A DNA stretch of 51,431 bases, filler included, from Sphacelaria rigidula (taxonomy: Eukaryota), in NCBI GenBank assembly GCA_964200075.2. It is 4 parts of 4 records of this genome, joined end to end, with 100 filler letters (N's around TTAATTAATTAA, not from the genome) between each part and the next. Parts side by side here need not be neighbours in the genome. Positions count along the whole stretch, not along the records: positions 1 to 12,784 come from CAXNAA020003420.1; 3 more parts are not named here. One strand, 5' to 3'. A program made the translations under genes and the position numbers. Of this stretch, positions 1 through 10,944 are shown piece after piece. Each line of letters begins with the position of its first letter. Positions within the stretch are counted from its first letter, which is position 1. The notes under the pieces were generated by a model. It had not been told where the DNA came from. It saw nothing but the letters and a program-made list of their open reading frames with translations, and searched no databases.

Positions 1-173
1 GGTCAACTTTTTCCTCCCTTTCGGCCAATCAGGCAGAAGAAATCGTAAATTTGGTGATTTGAGTCGTGATGATCTGTCCTAACCGTGCAAATTTCTATGG
101 CGTGTAGCAGTTGTCCATAGCTATCAGTAGATGAGAAAATGGAACCATATTTCGAAGATTTGGTGTGGATATG

Positions 174-423
174 GAGTAATGCTACGGTAGGGGTACAAAA
201 ATATTTTATGAGATTTAAATTGTTGGGAGCCCTTTATCTCATTACAAAATACCACTTATGCAAGAGTACGCCAGGATTACTATTCCAAAGTACTGGGGAT
301 GTCCCGAATAAATCTGCAAACGGGGATGCCCTGACTCATATTCTTGTGCGTCTAGAATCGTGAGGAGCCCCTGCACCAGACAAAATTTCGCGGAAAAAGT
401 GCACCCCTCCCGTAACTTTGCTC
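174..423. mobile_element. Non-autonomous TIR element (MITE, PIF/Harbinger-like termini), full-length copy
   Basis: Left end GAGTAATGCTACGGTAGGGGTACA is an imperfect reverse complement of right end TGCACCCCTCCCGTAACTTTGCTC. The internal sequence recurs at 788-932, 10382-10639 and 38651-38720. Confidence 0.8.
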
Positions 424-787
424 CACGAATATTCACCCTCTCCGGGTTTCTCATCCTCAATGAAAGATCCATCCCAATTTTGTAATATCCTGTGTTTCAT
501 GAGTGTTCTCGTGAGATTGGAAGTGGAAGATGCGATTGAGAGTTGGAAGCCGTCAATCAGTCAGTGAATCGTTTTTGTTCGGAAGTGTCCCGCAACGAGG
601 CCCGATATGCTTCCGCCACTGAGGCCCTTGTTATCCCTGGGTGGGATATCGACGTGTAGCTGTAAGCATACGCCAGTGAAGGAGACAAAGAAGAGCACGC
701 ACGGAATGAAAATTTGGCCAAGTTCAAGCGAATGTTCGAAGCCACTCTCACTCAGCGCTCTACTCTCTCAATCTAACGAAAACTTAA

Positions 788-932
788 TTATTCCAATGTG
801 CCAGGGATATCCCAAATAATTTGACAAACGGGGATGCCCTCACCTCATCTTCTTGCGCATCTAGAATCGATAGGAGCCCCTGAACCAGACAATATTTTGC
901 GCAAAAAGTGGACGCCTACCGTAGCATTCCTC
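788..932. mobile_element. Same MITE family, 5'-truncated copy
   Basis: Shares AAACGGGGATGCCCT...CTAGAATCG...GGAGCCCCTGAACCAGACAA with 174-423 and ends in CCTACCGTAGCATTCCTC. Confidence 0.75.
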
Positions 933-2083
933 AGTTTATCGCTCTTTGCGATGATTGAACATCATATGTTTTCGTTTCGGAGGAAGTATGAGCCAGTTCG
1001 GGTCATTTCGCACAAGTCCAGTAGTTTACACGTGATCCAACGGAATTGCGCGTCTCCTTCACACCCTGGACAATTCATCACTTCATCAAAAAATATACTG
1101 CGTACAGTATGGGATGCAAAAGACGTGATTGTTGATAGTGCACGCAGTACACGTTTTGGCAATGTAGTCTCTAGTCCGGGATGTGTTCTTTTTCCGATGC
1201 AAATATAGTCATGTGAGATTTGGGTCAAGTCCATTTGCCGCCCGCTTCAGGGATGGCCATGTGACATCTTGTCCTGCATGTGGAAGCCTTAGAAATCATC
1301 CCATCTGCTTTCGCCCATGGTGAGTCCTACCCACCACATCAGAGGTGGGGAGAGAGAAACACCCAACCCAAGACGCCGCCGAATCGCATATCGCAATGAA
1401 AAGACTTGTGGCACTAGCAAGCTCACTTTGCGTCCAATACAAAGGCAAGTAGGCACGACAGAAGAGGAAGATGGGCACAGCCGATTGTTTTCATGAAACA
1501 AAACCACCCCCGACAAGCTGAGTTTCAGGCTAGTAGCAAAGAGGGAAAAACAAGAGGCGCGGGGGGTGCACAAGTCTGAACCACGACAGGAAAAACCACC
1601 ACTCCCGCCAAAATCGCCCCCGCATCCCTCTAACACGACTCCTCGATTTGCCGAAGCATTTCCACCATGGAAATGGAGCACACCATCGCGCACGTGTGGA
1701 TATATCGGTCCCTAGCGACGACCGCATCCCACACTTGTCCCGTTAAGAGAGAAGCCGAACAAAGTACATTTCTCCGCGTTTATTTCGCCCTCTCAACCAA
1801 CACACAGCGAGACGAAAACGAAACAGCTTAACAATATATATATATGTATATATACTCTTGTGTCGTTCTTCTGGTGGTCTGGTCTACTGCAGAAGATGTA
1901 CGCAGAAAAACAAGCGCCAATTGTACAGAAAATATGAGAACACGAAAACACACACTCGACGCTCGTCCACTGAAATCAGCGTGACCTCCAACATCAGACC
2001 TCACCCTCCTGGAATCCCCCTCGTCTCAACCCCCCCCCCCCCTTTCCTCCCCCTTCCCTTTTCTCCAACGATATCACAAAAAT

Positions 2084-2530
2084 CTAGACGTTAAAGCTTT
2101 CGCCGCAGCCGCACTCCCCCTTAGCGTTAGGGTTACGAAACGTGAACTCCGAAGACAACTCTGTTTCCTCCCAGTCCATAACCGTCCCCGCAATATACAG
2201 CGTCGCCATCGGATCCACGAACAGCCTCGCTCGGTTACCAGCAACCCCCACCTCATCTTCCGTCCCCGCCACTGTGGCCGAACCCTCTGGTGGCTGTTCC
2301 ACGTGTTGTTGAGCCATTGCAACTCCTGCAGACGCGTCGGCGGCCCGCTCAGCGCCGCCTCCGCCTGCGACCTGCACCACCACTTCCTCATCACCCTTTG
2401 GTTTCTCGTCGGCGTACTTCATCGTGTACGACATTCCATTACATCCTCTCCGTTTGACCCCGAGCCTTACGCCCACCTTGCCTGGCTTGCTGGCTAAGAG
2501 CTTCACGAGGTGCGAGGCGGCTCGGTCCGT
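2084..2530 (-). CDS. ISCA1: Iron-sulfur cluster assembly protein (A-type carrier, IscA/Isa1 family), exon 2 (terminal)
   Basis: Translates TDRAASHLVKLL...GVRLGVKRRGCNGMSYTM...LFVDP...GTVMDW...SSEFTFRNPNAKGECGCGESFNV*. It has the GCNG motif and the C-terminal CGCGESF motif. The acceptor CAG is at 2533-2531, preceded by a C-rich tract, phase 0. Confidence 0.95.
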   Translation of the reverse strand, partial: TDRAASHLVKLLASKPGKVGVRLGVKRRGCNGMSYTMKYADEKPKGDEEVVVQVAGGGGAERAADASAGVAMAQQHVEQPPEGSATVAGTEDEVGVAGNRARLFVDPMATLYIAGTVMDWEETELSSEFTFRNPNAKGECGCGESFNV

Positions 2531-3714
2531 CTGAGATGTATGTGCGCGGACGGAGGGGCGCGCGCGCGGGGGGGGGGGGGCAGCAGCGCATCAGTGCTCA
2601 GCTTTCAAATTTCAGCTCTTCAGTTCAGATGCTCGGTATATTTGTAAGCAAGCATTTGAACTTGTGACAGGCCTCTCGAGGCACGTCAGATCCGTCATAA
2701 ACCGGTGAGTTCATCATTGAATGTGCTTTGAGTGAACTTTCTCTGACGTTGCGCAACATAAAAGATACACAAAAATATGACAACAAGAGACGAATCTCGC
2801 AGGCGCAATCAGTCTCCGGGCGGGGCAAGATGCAGCGACGGACGCAACCGACCGAGTCACCAGCTGTCGCACTGTGAGTAGTACTCAACTTGTACAGCTC
2901 CCAAACCTTTCTGTTTCGATAATACGGCCGGGCAGTCCCGCGGAACTTTGGAGCATGGCAATTGCGTAAGTTATTGGTTTCTTCATGGTGCCCAGGTGTT
3001 CAATCAGACATAACTTGCTCTTGGGGAATTGCAGACGGGTTGGGGTTTTGCGGCGGGGTCTATCTGCTGCAAGGACTCCAACAGCAGCGCACCTGTAAGC
3101 TACGGCTTGTAAAACGTTCGTACATGCCATGCCACATGAAATGGTGGCATGGTTACCGCTCACGGTGCTCTCCACCCACCCACTACGATTGCACGGTTTT
3201 GTACTGACTGTAATATCTCTTGTACTTCGAAAAGGATGCGTGAGCGGCAATGACTCCGCGGGCCCTGACACTTTTGTTCCTCTGTAGGCACTGTGCCTGT
3301 CATCATAACAACTATTTTGAACCGCCCAAAATAGCCAAGTCAATAATGGGCCATCTGCACCAGTGGGCGCTACTGCACAAGGGTCGACGTTACGACAAGG
3401 TTGTAACATGCCAGATATATCACCCGGAGCATTTTTTTCAACCGAGCACTCACCCCGCACGTCACGATCCTCTCAGTGATGTACTGTACTGTACCGCGAC
3501 TCACACTTGCAATGGAAACGTCAACAAGTACACACATCTCGGCGCTGAGGAGGTGGCGGCGACCGTCAAAGATATACGTGCGACGAACGCCACCGCGGTC
3601 GACTGAAGGAAATCACCCGCGCCTTCAAATTCTCGAAGATAGGACATGAATACAAACGACAGGGCCTATATACTATTTCCTTCCCGTCTTTTTGCTATGT
3701 TCGTGAGATAAAAA

Positions 3715-3790
3715 AACGATGTTCCGTCTCGAAGGGGATGCATAGTCAATGATCAAACGACTAAGGCAAGCAACGAATGAGTACACCCCC
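3715..3790 (+). repeat. Dispersed repeat fragment (also at 25540-25612 on the minus strand and 25768-25845 on the plus strand)
   Basis: Shared CCGTCTCGAAGGGGATGC...ACGACTAAGGCAAGCAACGAATGAG core. Confidence 0.75.
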
Positions 3791-4501
3791 GACTCGCCAG
3801 CCACAGTTCTTGAACCCGCGTGTACTTGGCTGCTCGCACTACTCCTTTTTCCGTCTGGGGGGAAGGGGAGCACGGTTACTCAGGCAACCTCGAGAGTACT
3901 CAGTTTCATATTCGGGTCACCGTCGAAATGGGTACCACGATTCTCGAATGTTGATTCTACTGTGTACCAAGCTATTAGATATGGCCCTCGACACACCACC
4001 GCACGATTACACCGAAAACGCCGACACACGGAAACCAAAAGACAGCACCCGCATCAAGAGAATATGGTGAGGTACACAACGATGACCAACAGGTAACAAT
4101 GAAAAAATATCGCGCTTCCTGACAGGTTCCGTACAATTTAGGGGGGAAATCAAACTAGAAACCTGCCTTGCATGATCATATCGTATCGAGGGCTTTCCTC
4201 ATGTGGAAGATTTCAAAAACCCGGCCGACAAATGCTTCCTTGTGCTTCGTTTAGTACGATTCCCTGGACAAGAAAAAGCCTCCCCGAAAATGGCAATATA
4301 AATTTTATTACCGACAATGGTTGCAATAGGCCTACACTTTACGCAGTGCAATTCTTATTTTGAAACTATTGATCATGTATCGTCCGGGATGAACAATAAG
4401 TATGTATGTATGAAACGGCATACTACACAATATATTACTATATGAGAAACACTGCCGTACTGCATCAAAGATCGTCTCAACGGCGGAACCATGTCCTGGG
4501 G

Positions 4502-4620
4502 GAAAAAAAAAAATCGTCGGGATTCGAACTCGTGACCTCGATATCTGGGTCTCCTGTAACACTTAGATTACCGGGGCGAAGGGGTGTTACACAGAAAGTG
4601 AAATGCCCCGCCCGATCTTG
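4502..4620 (-). repeat. tRNA-like (B-box) repeat ending in a T-tract; second copy at about 37010-37135
   Basis: The minus strand reads GAGGTCACGAGTTCGAATCCCGACGA followed by a T-run. The copy near 37020 reads GAGGTCACGAATTCGAATCCCGACGGATTCC plus a T-run. Confidence 0.55.
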
Positions 4621-7141
4621 AGAGTTTTGAGCCGAACTTGGGGTGTGTCTGAGCACCTTTTCTTTTTTTGTCGGAAAAGTGCGGTCGATTTTTCTCGCCG
4701 ATCTGGTAGGTCGATCGCGTTTGTGTTCCTAGGAGGCTTCATCTGAACAATATGATCAGCGGCGCGCGGGAAAAAACTGAGACAAAAAACAACCCTTCTT
4801 GATGGAAAACATGCGGTAGAAAGGCACGAAGCGACACTTGACTCTTATCTTACAGACCACCACCCCAGATGACACGTGTTCACAGGACCATACAAACTCC
4901 AACTCATCCTCAGCTACCACCGCAACCCTGCAACATAGAGCACGAGTTGGGCCCAGGGATAGATACACTGCAGTTGTTGGATATGCTTTCTTTGCTTCTT
5001 GGTGGCAAAAAAGTGCGCATCTTCTTTCATGGTAGGGATCAGCGACGGAACTGCGTGGTACGGTGGGTAACCGAGTTGCGTGCACGCTCATGGACGGCGC
5101 AGGCAGTACAAAGCTGCACGTTGCTGGAGTCCTTTTCCCGTCGCATTGTAAGCAGAGAGAACTGATAGTCTTGGGCTGTCTGCACTGCACGTGGTCCGCT
5201 TCTCTTTTATATCCTCCTATACGCACACACGCACCCAAGACGATACTGCTTGAAAGAAGTGCAGACAGAGCAGACTGTCTGTACTGTACACGAGGGACCA
5301 GGTACCGTCTTTTTTCGATCGAAAGTTTGAAAATCTATCTGGACCCAACTGCATCAAAACGAGAAAACTTGCTCTAGTCGATTCCACCGCCGCAATTTTT
5401 CGATAGAAAAAACATAGTTCGAAGACACGCCCTTAGATGAGGATCTTCTGCACGCAAGCTTAAATCTCGTACTCGAAGCAGCAACATGTTTGTTGTCTTT
5501 TTCATGGGGTCATGACCTTTTTTTTTCGCTGGAATTTCGAAACGCTCGAACTTTTTGTTTGTTTGTTTCTGCAGCTTGGGGATGTTCCGCGTATTGATGA
5601 AAATCTTGTGTCAAAATTCCAACGCCAAACTCCTAATATTAAGCGATGCGTCACCTGCCAACCGCGAATCGGAACTGATGGCTGACCTAGCCCGTGTTTC
5701 ATCGTAGATTTTTGAGAGTACTACAAACAGCCATTCGTGTAGTTGCAGCTCGTCCCTGCAAATACTCATATCGTGTACACCACCTTCAGGTTCCCACACG
5801 GAGGAATTAACTTACCTTCCTCACAAAGAGCGGGTGAAGCCGGCTCAAAGCCTAATGAAACTGCTGGCCGGAGCAGTCCCAGCAGACGCTCACCACAACA
5901 CGCAAGTGACCATTGCGGGGGAATGTATTACTTTTGCTGCTAACCCAAATTCGTAACTAACAGAATAAAAGTACCACAACAAATATTTCATATTATAGTG
6001 TATGTAGGCAGCCGCCGTTTTGGCCCTGAAAATTGGAATGAGAAACCGTGGTACCTGTAGCTCATTTGTTGGCGTGCTTAAATGCACCATGCATGCCCTG
6101 TGAAAATGGATCATGACCGCCGCTACTCGCTGCTCCGTACTGTACCTAGAGAAATATATCGCCCTGGGCGCTGAGAACCCGACAATATCCTGTTTTTTTT
6201 TTCTTTATCAATGAGACTCTGCGCTACCTCAGGATTATGTCGTGCGCAAGATTTCCAACATGTATTTCCACTGAGACAATTTTACGCGATCAAGGACAAG
6301 GAGTGAATTGAGGTCGTTACTTGTCGTCAGGGATGACAAACTCCGCGTGGGACGGTACGGATGGTATTGGAAGATAGTACTCTGCAATGATAAGGTCACT
6401 ACAGCACCTTGGTGAGTGAAAGGCAGAGGACCTTGGGGTGATACCTTCTCAAGGTCGATATTTTTTTCGGGGAACGATCACGCTGCACTACCGGGAAAAA
6501 ATGCTAGTTATGGGCTCTCAAGAGAGATATCTTGAACTCGCAGTTCCCGGTATATTTTCGCAAATTGAAAATATACAAGGAACTTCAAGCTCGAGATACC
6601 TCTAATGAGAGCTTTCTCTGTACGGCAAGGTTTGGTGTCAACGTTACGTATGTCTCCATATCGATTGAGTTTGGGTGTGCGGTATACTCCGTATGGTAAT
6701 GCCGTAAAACAGAAGATGTCAGGATAGTACCCCCGGTTGATGAGCTCGTGAGCCTCGACAAATGATCACACGGGAGTGTTACTGGGGGGTAATACAGAAC
6801 GTACACCCACAGAGTATTGTGGGTATCCATATGGTAGCGAAAATGGCCGAAAGCTTCAAACTCCTCACTCAGGGGCAAATATTTTGTATTTGGGGGGGCG
6901 TACAGTAGGGGGTGATTTTTCTGTCGTTGAAGGAAGGAGAAAACCTGACCCAACACTTACCCCGCAAGCGGGTTCGTCTTTGGAATACCCGGAGGCTCGG
7001 CTAGACTGCCTCACGACAGTCATGTGTAGTAGGCGTCTCGAGCGCTCGCAAGCTTTGATCGAGGCAGTATGGCGGAACGATCCAATGAAGAAACCGGATC
7101 AGCTTGGCGCAATGTGAGCTTCGGCCCGAAGAGTAGGGATG

Positions 7142-7545
7142 ATTTCGGCACGGACGTGTGAAGCAGCGATGACAGGTCGCTTCATTTCACCTCGAAAACC
7201 AGTACGAAGTTCCTCTCCCTCACCTTCTTATCTCGTGGGAGTTCACACGTACCTAACTCATCACCGCGCGATCATAGACCTGCAGATGTTTCCTTACTCT
7301 GCCGCCCAGAACAGGCATTGCAGTCATCACCTCCCACAAGATTGCAGTAATGCATATACACCATGCTTGCAATGATTGTTCTGGACGGTAGAGTAATGAG
7401 GTAATATACGCGAGTCTGTAGTCGCGCGGTGATAAGTTAGGTACGTTCGAACTCCCCCGAGATGAGAAGCTGGGGAACTCCGTACCAATACTCGAAATGA
7501 AGTGGAGCAACCTGTCATCGCTGCTTTACACGTTCGCGCCGAAAT
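7142..7545. repeat. Imperfect long inverted repeat (foldback), ~180-bp arms, ~45-nt loop
   Basis: Arm 7142-7322 (ATTTCGGCACGGACGTGTGAAGCAGCGATGACAGGT...) pairs with arm 7368-7545 (...ACCTGTCATCGCTGCTTTACACGTTCGCGCCGAAAT). Confidence 0.85.
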
Positions 7546-8048
7546 TAGGAATAATTTTCTCTCCATCACGTTGTTCGGAGTGTAACGAAATGCTCCGCCG
7601 ACCGGGTTCGTAACAACACTCGTGTGAGCATGCGATACATCCAAGCACACTCGAAAACATTCAGCAGTACTACCTCAGTGAAATAGATTTCAGGATACTG
7701 TTATATGGGCAGAGCAGTACAACAACAGTGTAGCGTGCAACAACAGGCAGTAGGCAGTTCGAGGTTCAGTTGCAGTAGGAGGTCCGCATTTTGTCCCTTT
7801 CTCCCGACGTGTAGCAATTTCGGATTTGCGTATCACACACAACAGTAGTCAGTGCACTCTGGACCGTTTGGTAGTACAGACTAAAGTATCGAACGCAATA
7901 CATGAAGTACCCGAACACGTATGTGTCACATTTCAAGGCTTGCGACAAAGCCGCCCACAAAACTGTATCCCATGCCACACTCACAAGACAGCAGCAGATA
8001 GCACCTGCGTAAAATGAGACTGTTCTACTGCACTTGTTTCACACTCAC

Positions 8049-8438
8049 CAACGTTATCGGCGGGGGGCGCTCTCGTGGCACTCTTCTCCTAACAGGACGC
8101 TTTGTATTTTGCTGCCCTGCTTGTTCAACCTTAGTGCTAGTTTCGGCCGTTTCCACTGTCGCTTGTACGCTCCCGCTTGTTGGTACTACTGCTCCTCCAC
8201 CTTCACCATCACGCGCTTCACTACCTTCCACTCCATTCAACGTAGCTAATGAAGACAGACACCGCCTCCGAACCATCGTTCTCCTTCTAGGTTGTGTTGC
8301 TCGCACTGCTGGGGGCAGGGGTGCTCGGCGATGCAGTTGTACCGAGTCGGCAGAGGCCGTAGTTGCACGAAGCCAGGTAGCGGCGGCGGGTTTCGTCGAA
8401 GCACGGAGAGTCTGTACTGCCGCTCGAGACGCTGACAT
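8049..8438 (-). CDS. ISCA1: ISCA1 exon 1 (mitochondrial transit peptide plus linker)
   Basis: ATG at 8438 gives MSASRAAVQTLRASTKPAAATWLR... (Arg/Ala/Ser-rich, with RRRCLSS). The exon ends ...RPPPITL followed by donor GTGAGT (8048-8043). Splicing to exon 2 in phase 0 rebuilds the family motif ITLTDRAA. Product about 278 aa. Confidence 0.85.
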
Positions 8439-8964
8439 TGTGACTGCAATGTTGACGCCTGAAGCGAGTGAAAACTTAGGGCTGTTGAAAGTTCCACGTG
8501 CGTCTGGCACTACGTGTTCCTGACGATAATCCCAGGGCGATTGTCCCACGGTACGCGACGATGCGACGGTGATACAACCGGACTGACAGTCCTGTACAGT
8601 CAGCATTTCTCGCACGAGTCTTTTTCCCGATTCGCGGACGCCTCCATACACCGTTGTGACGTACGTCAAGATCTTAGATGAGATCTTCCGTCGTGCTTGT
8701 ACTCCAGCAAATCGACAAGTCATCTATTGAGCACAAGGGGTTGTATGAAAGAGTTGCTGCATAGTTACTAGATAAAAGCCGATGTCGTACATATTATTCG
8801 GGGCACATTTCTTCAGATTTTTCTTCACTTTTTTTCGCGAAAAGCTGAAAAAATCCGACTTCTCCAGACTCCTCCAGAGAACAAACAACGCCTAGAATAT
8901 ACCTTCCCGACCTCGTCCCGACGCTAAAGTCTCGAAAGATTCTGAAGCTGGTATTATGCCGGTC

Positions 8965-9272
8965 GCCCGGGTGGCTCAGTTGGTAACAAAGTGCATGACT
9001 CTAAATACCCTGCGATTAATAACGTCCGAAACCTTCTGGACGGTTGGGCGGTGGGTTCGAATCTCGGTGCAATCACACGATAATATGGGATGTTTTCTCA
9101 CACAGTACAGAGCCCTCGAACAGTGGAAGGCGCCTATCTATGTCGTGTGAGTATACACAAGTAAGTCGACTTCACAGCCGACGAGGGAAAGGGACCCCTG
9201 AACCTCTCCCGCGATAAAAAATAAGAAGGCAAGCATCGCAGAAGGAAGGTGGAGTACAAAAAAAAAAAAAAA
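8965..9272 (+). mobile_element. tRNA-derived SINE-like element
   Basis: Head GCCCGGGTGGCTCAGTTGGT (A-box), GGTTCGAATC B-box at about 9055, and a 3' A-run at about 9257-9272. The A-to-B spacing is too long and there is no acceptor stem, so it is not a true tRNA. Confidence 0.65.
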
Positions 9273-9388
9273 CTCCAACGTCGACCTTCCTGTGTGACCC
9301 CGGCTGCTGCGCCCACATAATATACCGAAATGAATGGACTGGCGTCCAGAATAGATAGGATGAGGCAACACAAACACACACATTTTGA

Positions 9389-9488
9389 CCCTTGGACGGC
9401 AAGAGAGATCTTCTATGAAATCGATACCAATGTCACTCGGGAAAAGTATGCATAATCCAGATGGACTACCCTCCTCGCGGTCCAAGGG
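9389..9488. mobile_element. ~100-bp piggyBac-like MITE
   Basis: CCCTTGGAC...GTCCAAGGG termini flanked by TTGA and TTAA. Homologous copies at 10859-10944 and 32033-32131. Confidence 0.7.
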
Positions 9489-10381
9489 TTAAGTTAATAC
9501 AATATGTTACTATATTGCCTCAAGTGGTCAAAAAGCCTGCCCTCACATTTTTCGGAGGATGTATAAAATGCCCAAAAATGTCGGAGATCGACAAAAAAAC
9601 TACACCACTACTAGTTGTTTAAGCAGTCGCGATAAAGCGGGGTATAGTGTACGACTTAAGTGTATCCTGAGCTATACATACACCGCGTGTCAATTACATT
9701 AATTTTTTGTTTTTCATGTCGGATGGGGGGGGGGCGTATATTCATGAGTATGCTGTAGTCGTTAGACTATTGACCTCGCATCAATACAAGGCCGGGAGGG
9801 ACTACGTCAGGTTGTAGCCGGACCAGGCTCGCAATCACCAAGCGCGAAGCGCCATGATGTATTCAGTGAATCGCATATGGAGGGTGACTGGCATCCTGCC
9901 CAGATCGTTACTGATCATCTTTCATATGGACAGCCTATAGTGAGTCCCATGGGTGTGTTGGGTTCGGGAATGTATAATGCTCACTGCTTTACTGTGGGAG
10001 ATATTTCGACTGAGAGGCTGAGTATTGATCGAGTGCATGAGTGTCCTGTAGTGTGTATTCGCTTACCCTCCCCCCCCCCCGCCCCAACCCCTCCCTCTCC
10101 CTAAGAGCTACAGAACCTCCCCTCCATAAATCCCATGGAGATGAAAAAACAGCAGCCTGCCAGGGACTCGGTAATGTGAAAAAAGGTGTAGGACCCACCA
10201 GAATACACGCAGTGATTGAGCTACAGAACAATTTTTCAACCTCAGGGGGGAGGGAGCGGGAAGTTCGAATGTACGGGGCCCCTCGGGAACACTGATGTCA
10301 AGCCCTCTACGTTCCCAGGGTCAGCTCATGTGATGCTCAGGATTGAGCGGGAATTCAAAAAGAAAAAAGGGGGTGTTCAAA

Positions 10382-10639
10382 AGTGACGCTACGGTAGGGG
10401 TACACAAACATTTGCTGAGTTTAGAGTTGTTACGAGCCCTTTATCTCATCCAAAACGACTTACGAAAATATGCGAGAGTACGCCAGGATTACTTTTCCAA
10501 TGTGCTGGGGATATCCCGAATGAATCTGCGAACAAACGGGGATGCCCTAACCCATATTCTTGTGCGTCTAGAATCGTTAGGAGCCCCTGAACCAGACAAA
10601 ATTTTGCGAAAAAAGTGCACCCGTATCGTAGCATTGCTC
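10382..10639. mobile_element. Harbinger-like MITE, full-length copy
   Basis: GCTACGGTAGGGGTACA...GTGCACCCGTATCGTAGCATTGCTC, colinear with 174-423. Confidence 0.8.
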
Positions 10640-10858
10640 TCAACAAGCCTGAGCGCCTATCTTGTAGTTAATGCAGGTCTCTTTAGCCAAGTGCTCGTAC
10701 TGCCCACGAGCTCAAAGTAAAGCAGTAGTTTCAATTTCTTGATTCGCCCAGGGCTGGGCGCTCAGGTCAAAGCTGAATTTCCTGAAAATATTTCAAGCGT
10801 TTCGTCACGCATGATATCGTATCCTGGGTTGAAGTTCCCATTTCATTCGAACATTTGA

Positions 10859-10944
10859 CCCCCTGGGTGGGTCATCTGGGCCACTATCGTCTCAAGCGAA
10901 ACTGACGCCGATTCAACACATGATCTACGCTGGCGGTCAAGGGG
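10859..10944. mobile_element. piggyBac-like MITE, degenerate copy
   Basis: Ends GCGGTCAAGGGG|TTAA and shares an internal GCCGATTCA block with 32033-32131. Confidence 0.55.

Larger units (their letters stand above)
2531..8048 (-). other. 5.5-kb GT-AG intron of ISCA1 filled with repeat fragments
   Basis: GTGAGT donor and CAG acceptor with an in-frame join. No additional exon is needed to complete the domain. Confidence 0.8.

Noticed and set aside
2625-3650. Additional ISCA1 exon or nested gene in the intron
   Set aside because: Exons 1 and 2 already join into a complete domain. The ORFs here have no convincing motif, only a faint transposase-like stretch that I cannot support.
8965-9075. Functional tRNA gene
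   Set aside because: A and B boxes are present, but there is no pairing acceptor stem and the sequence continues to an A-tail, so it fits a SINE better.
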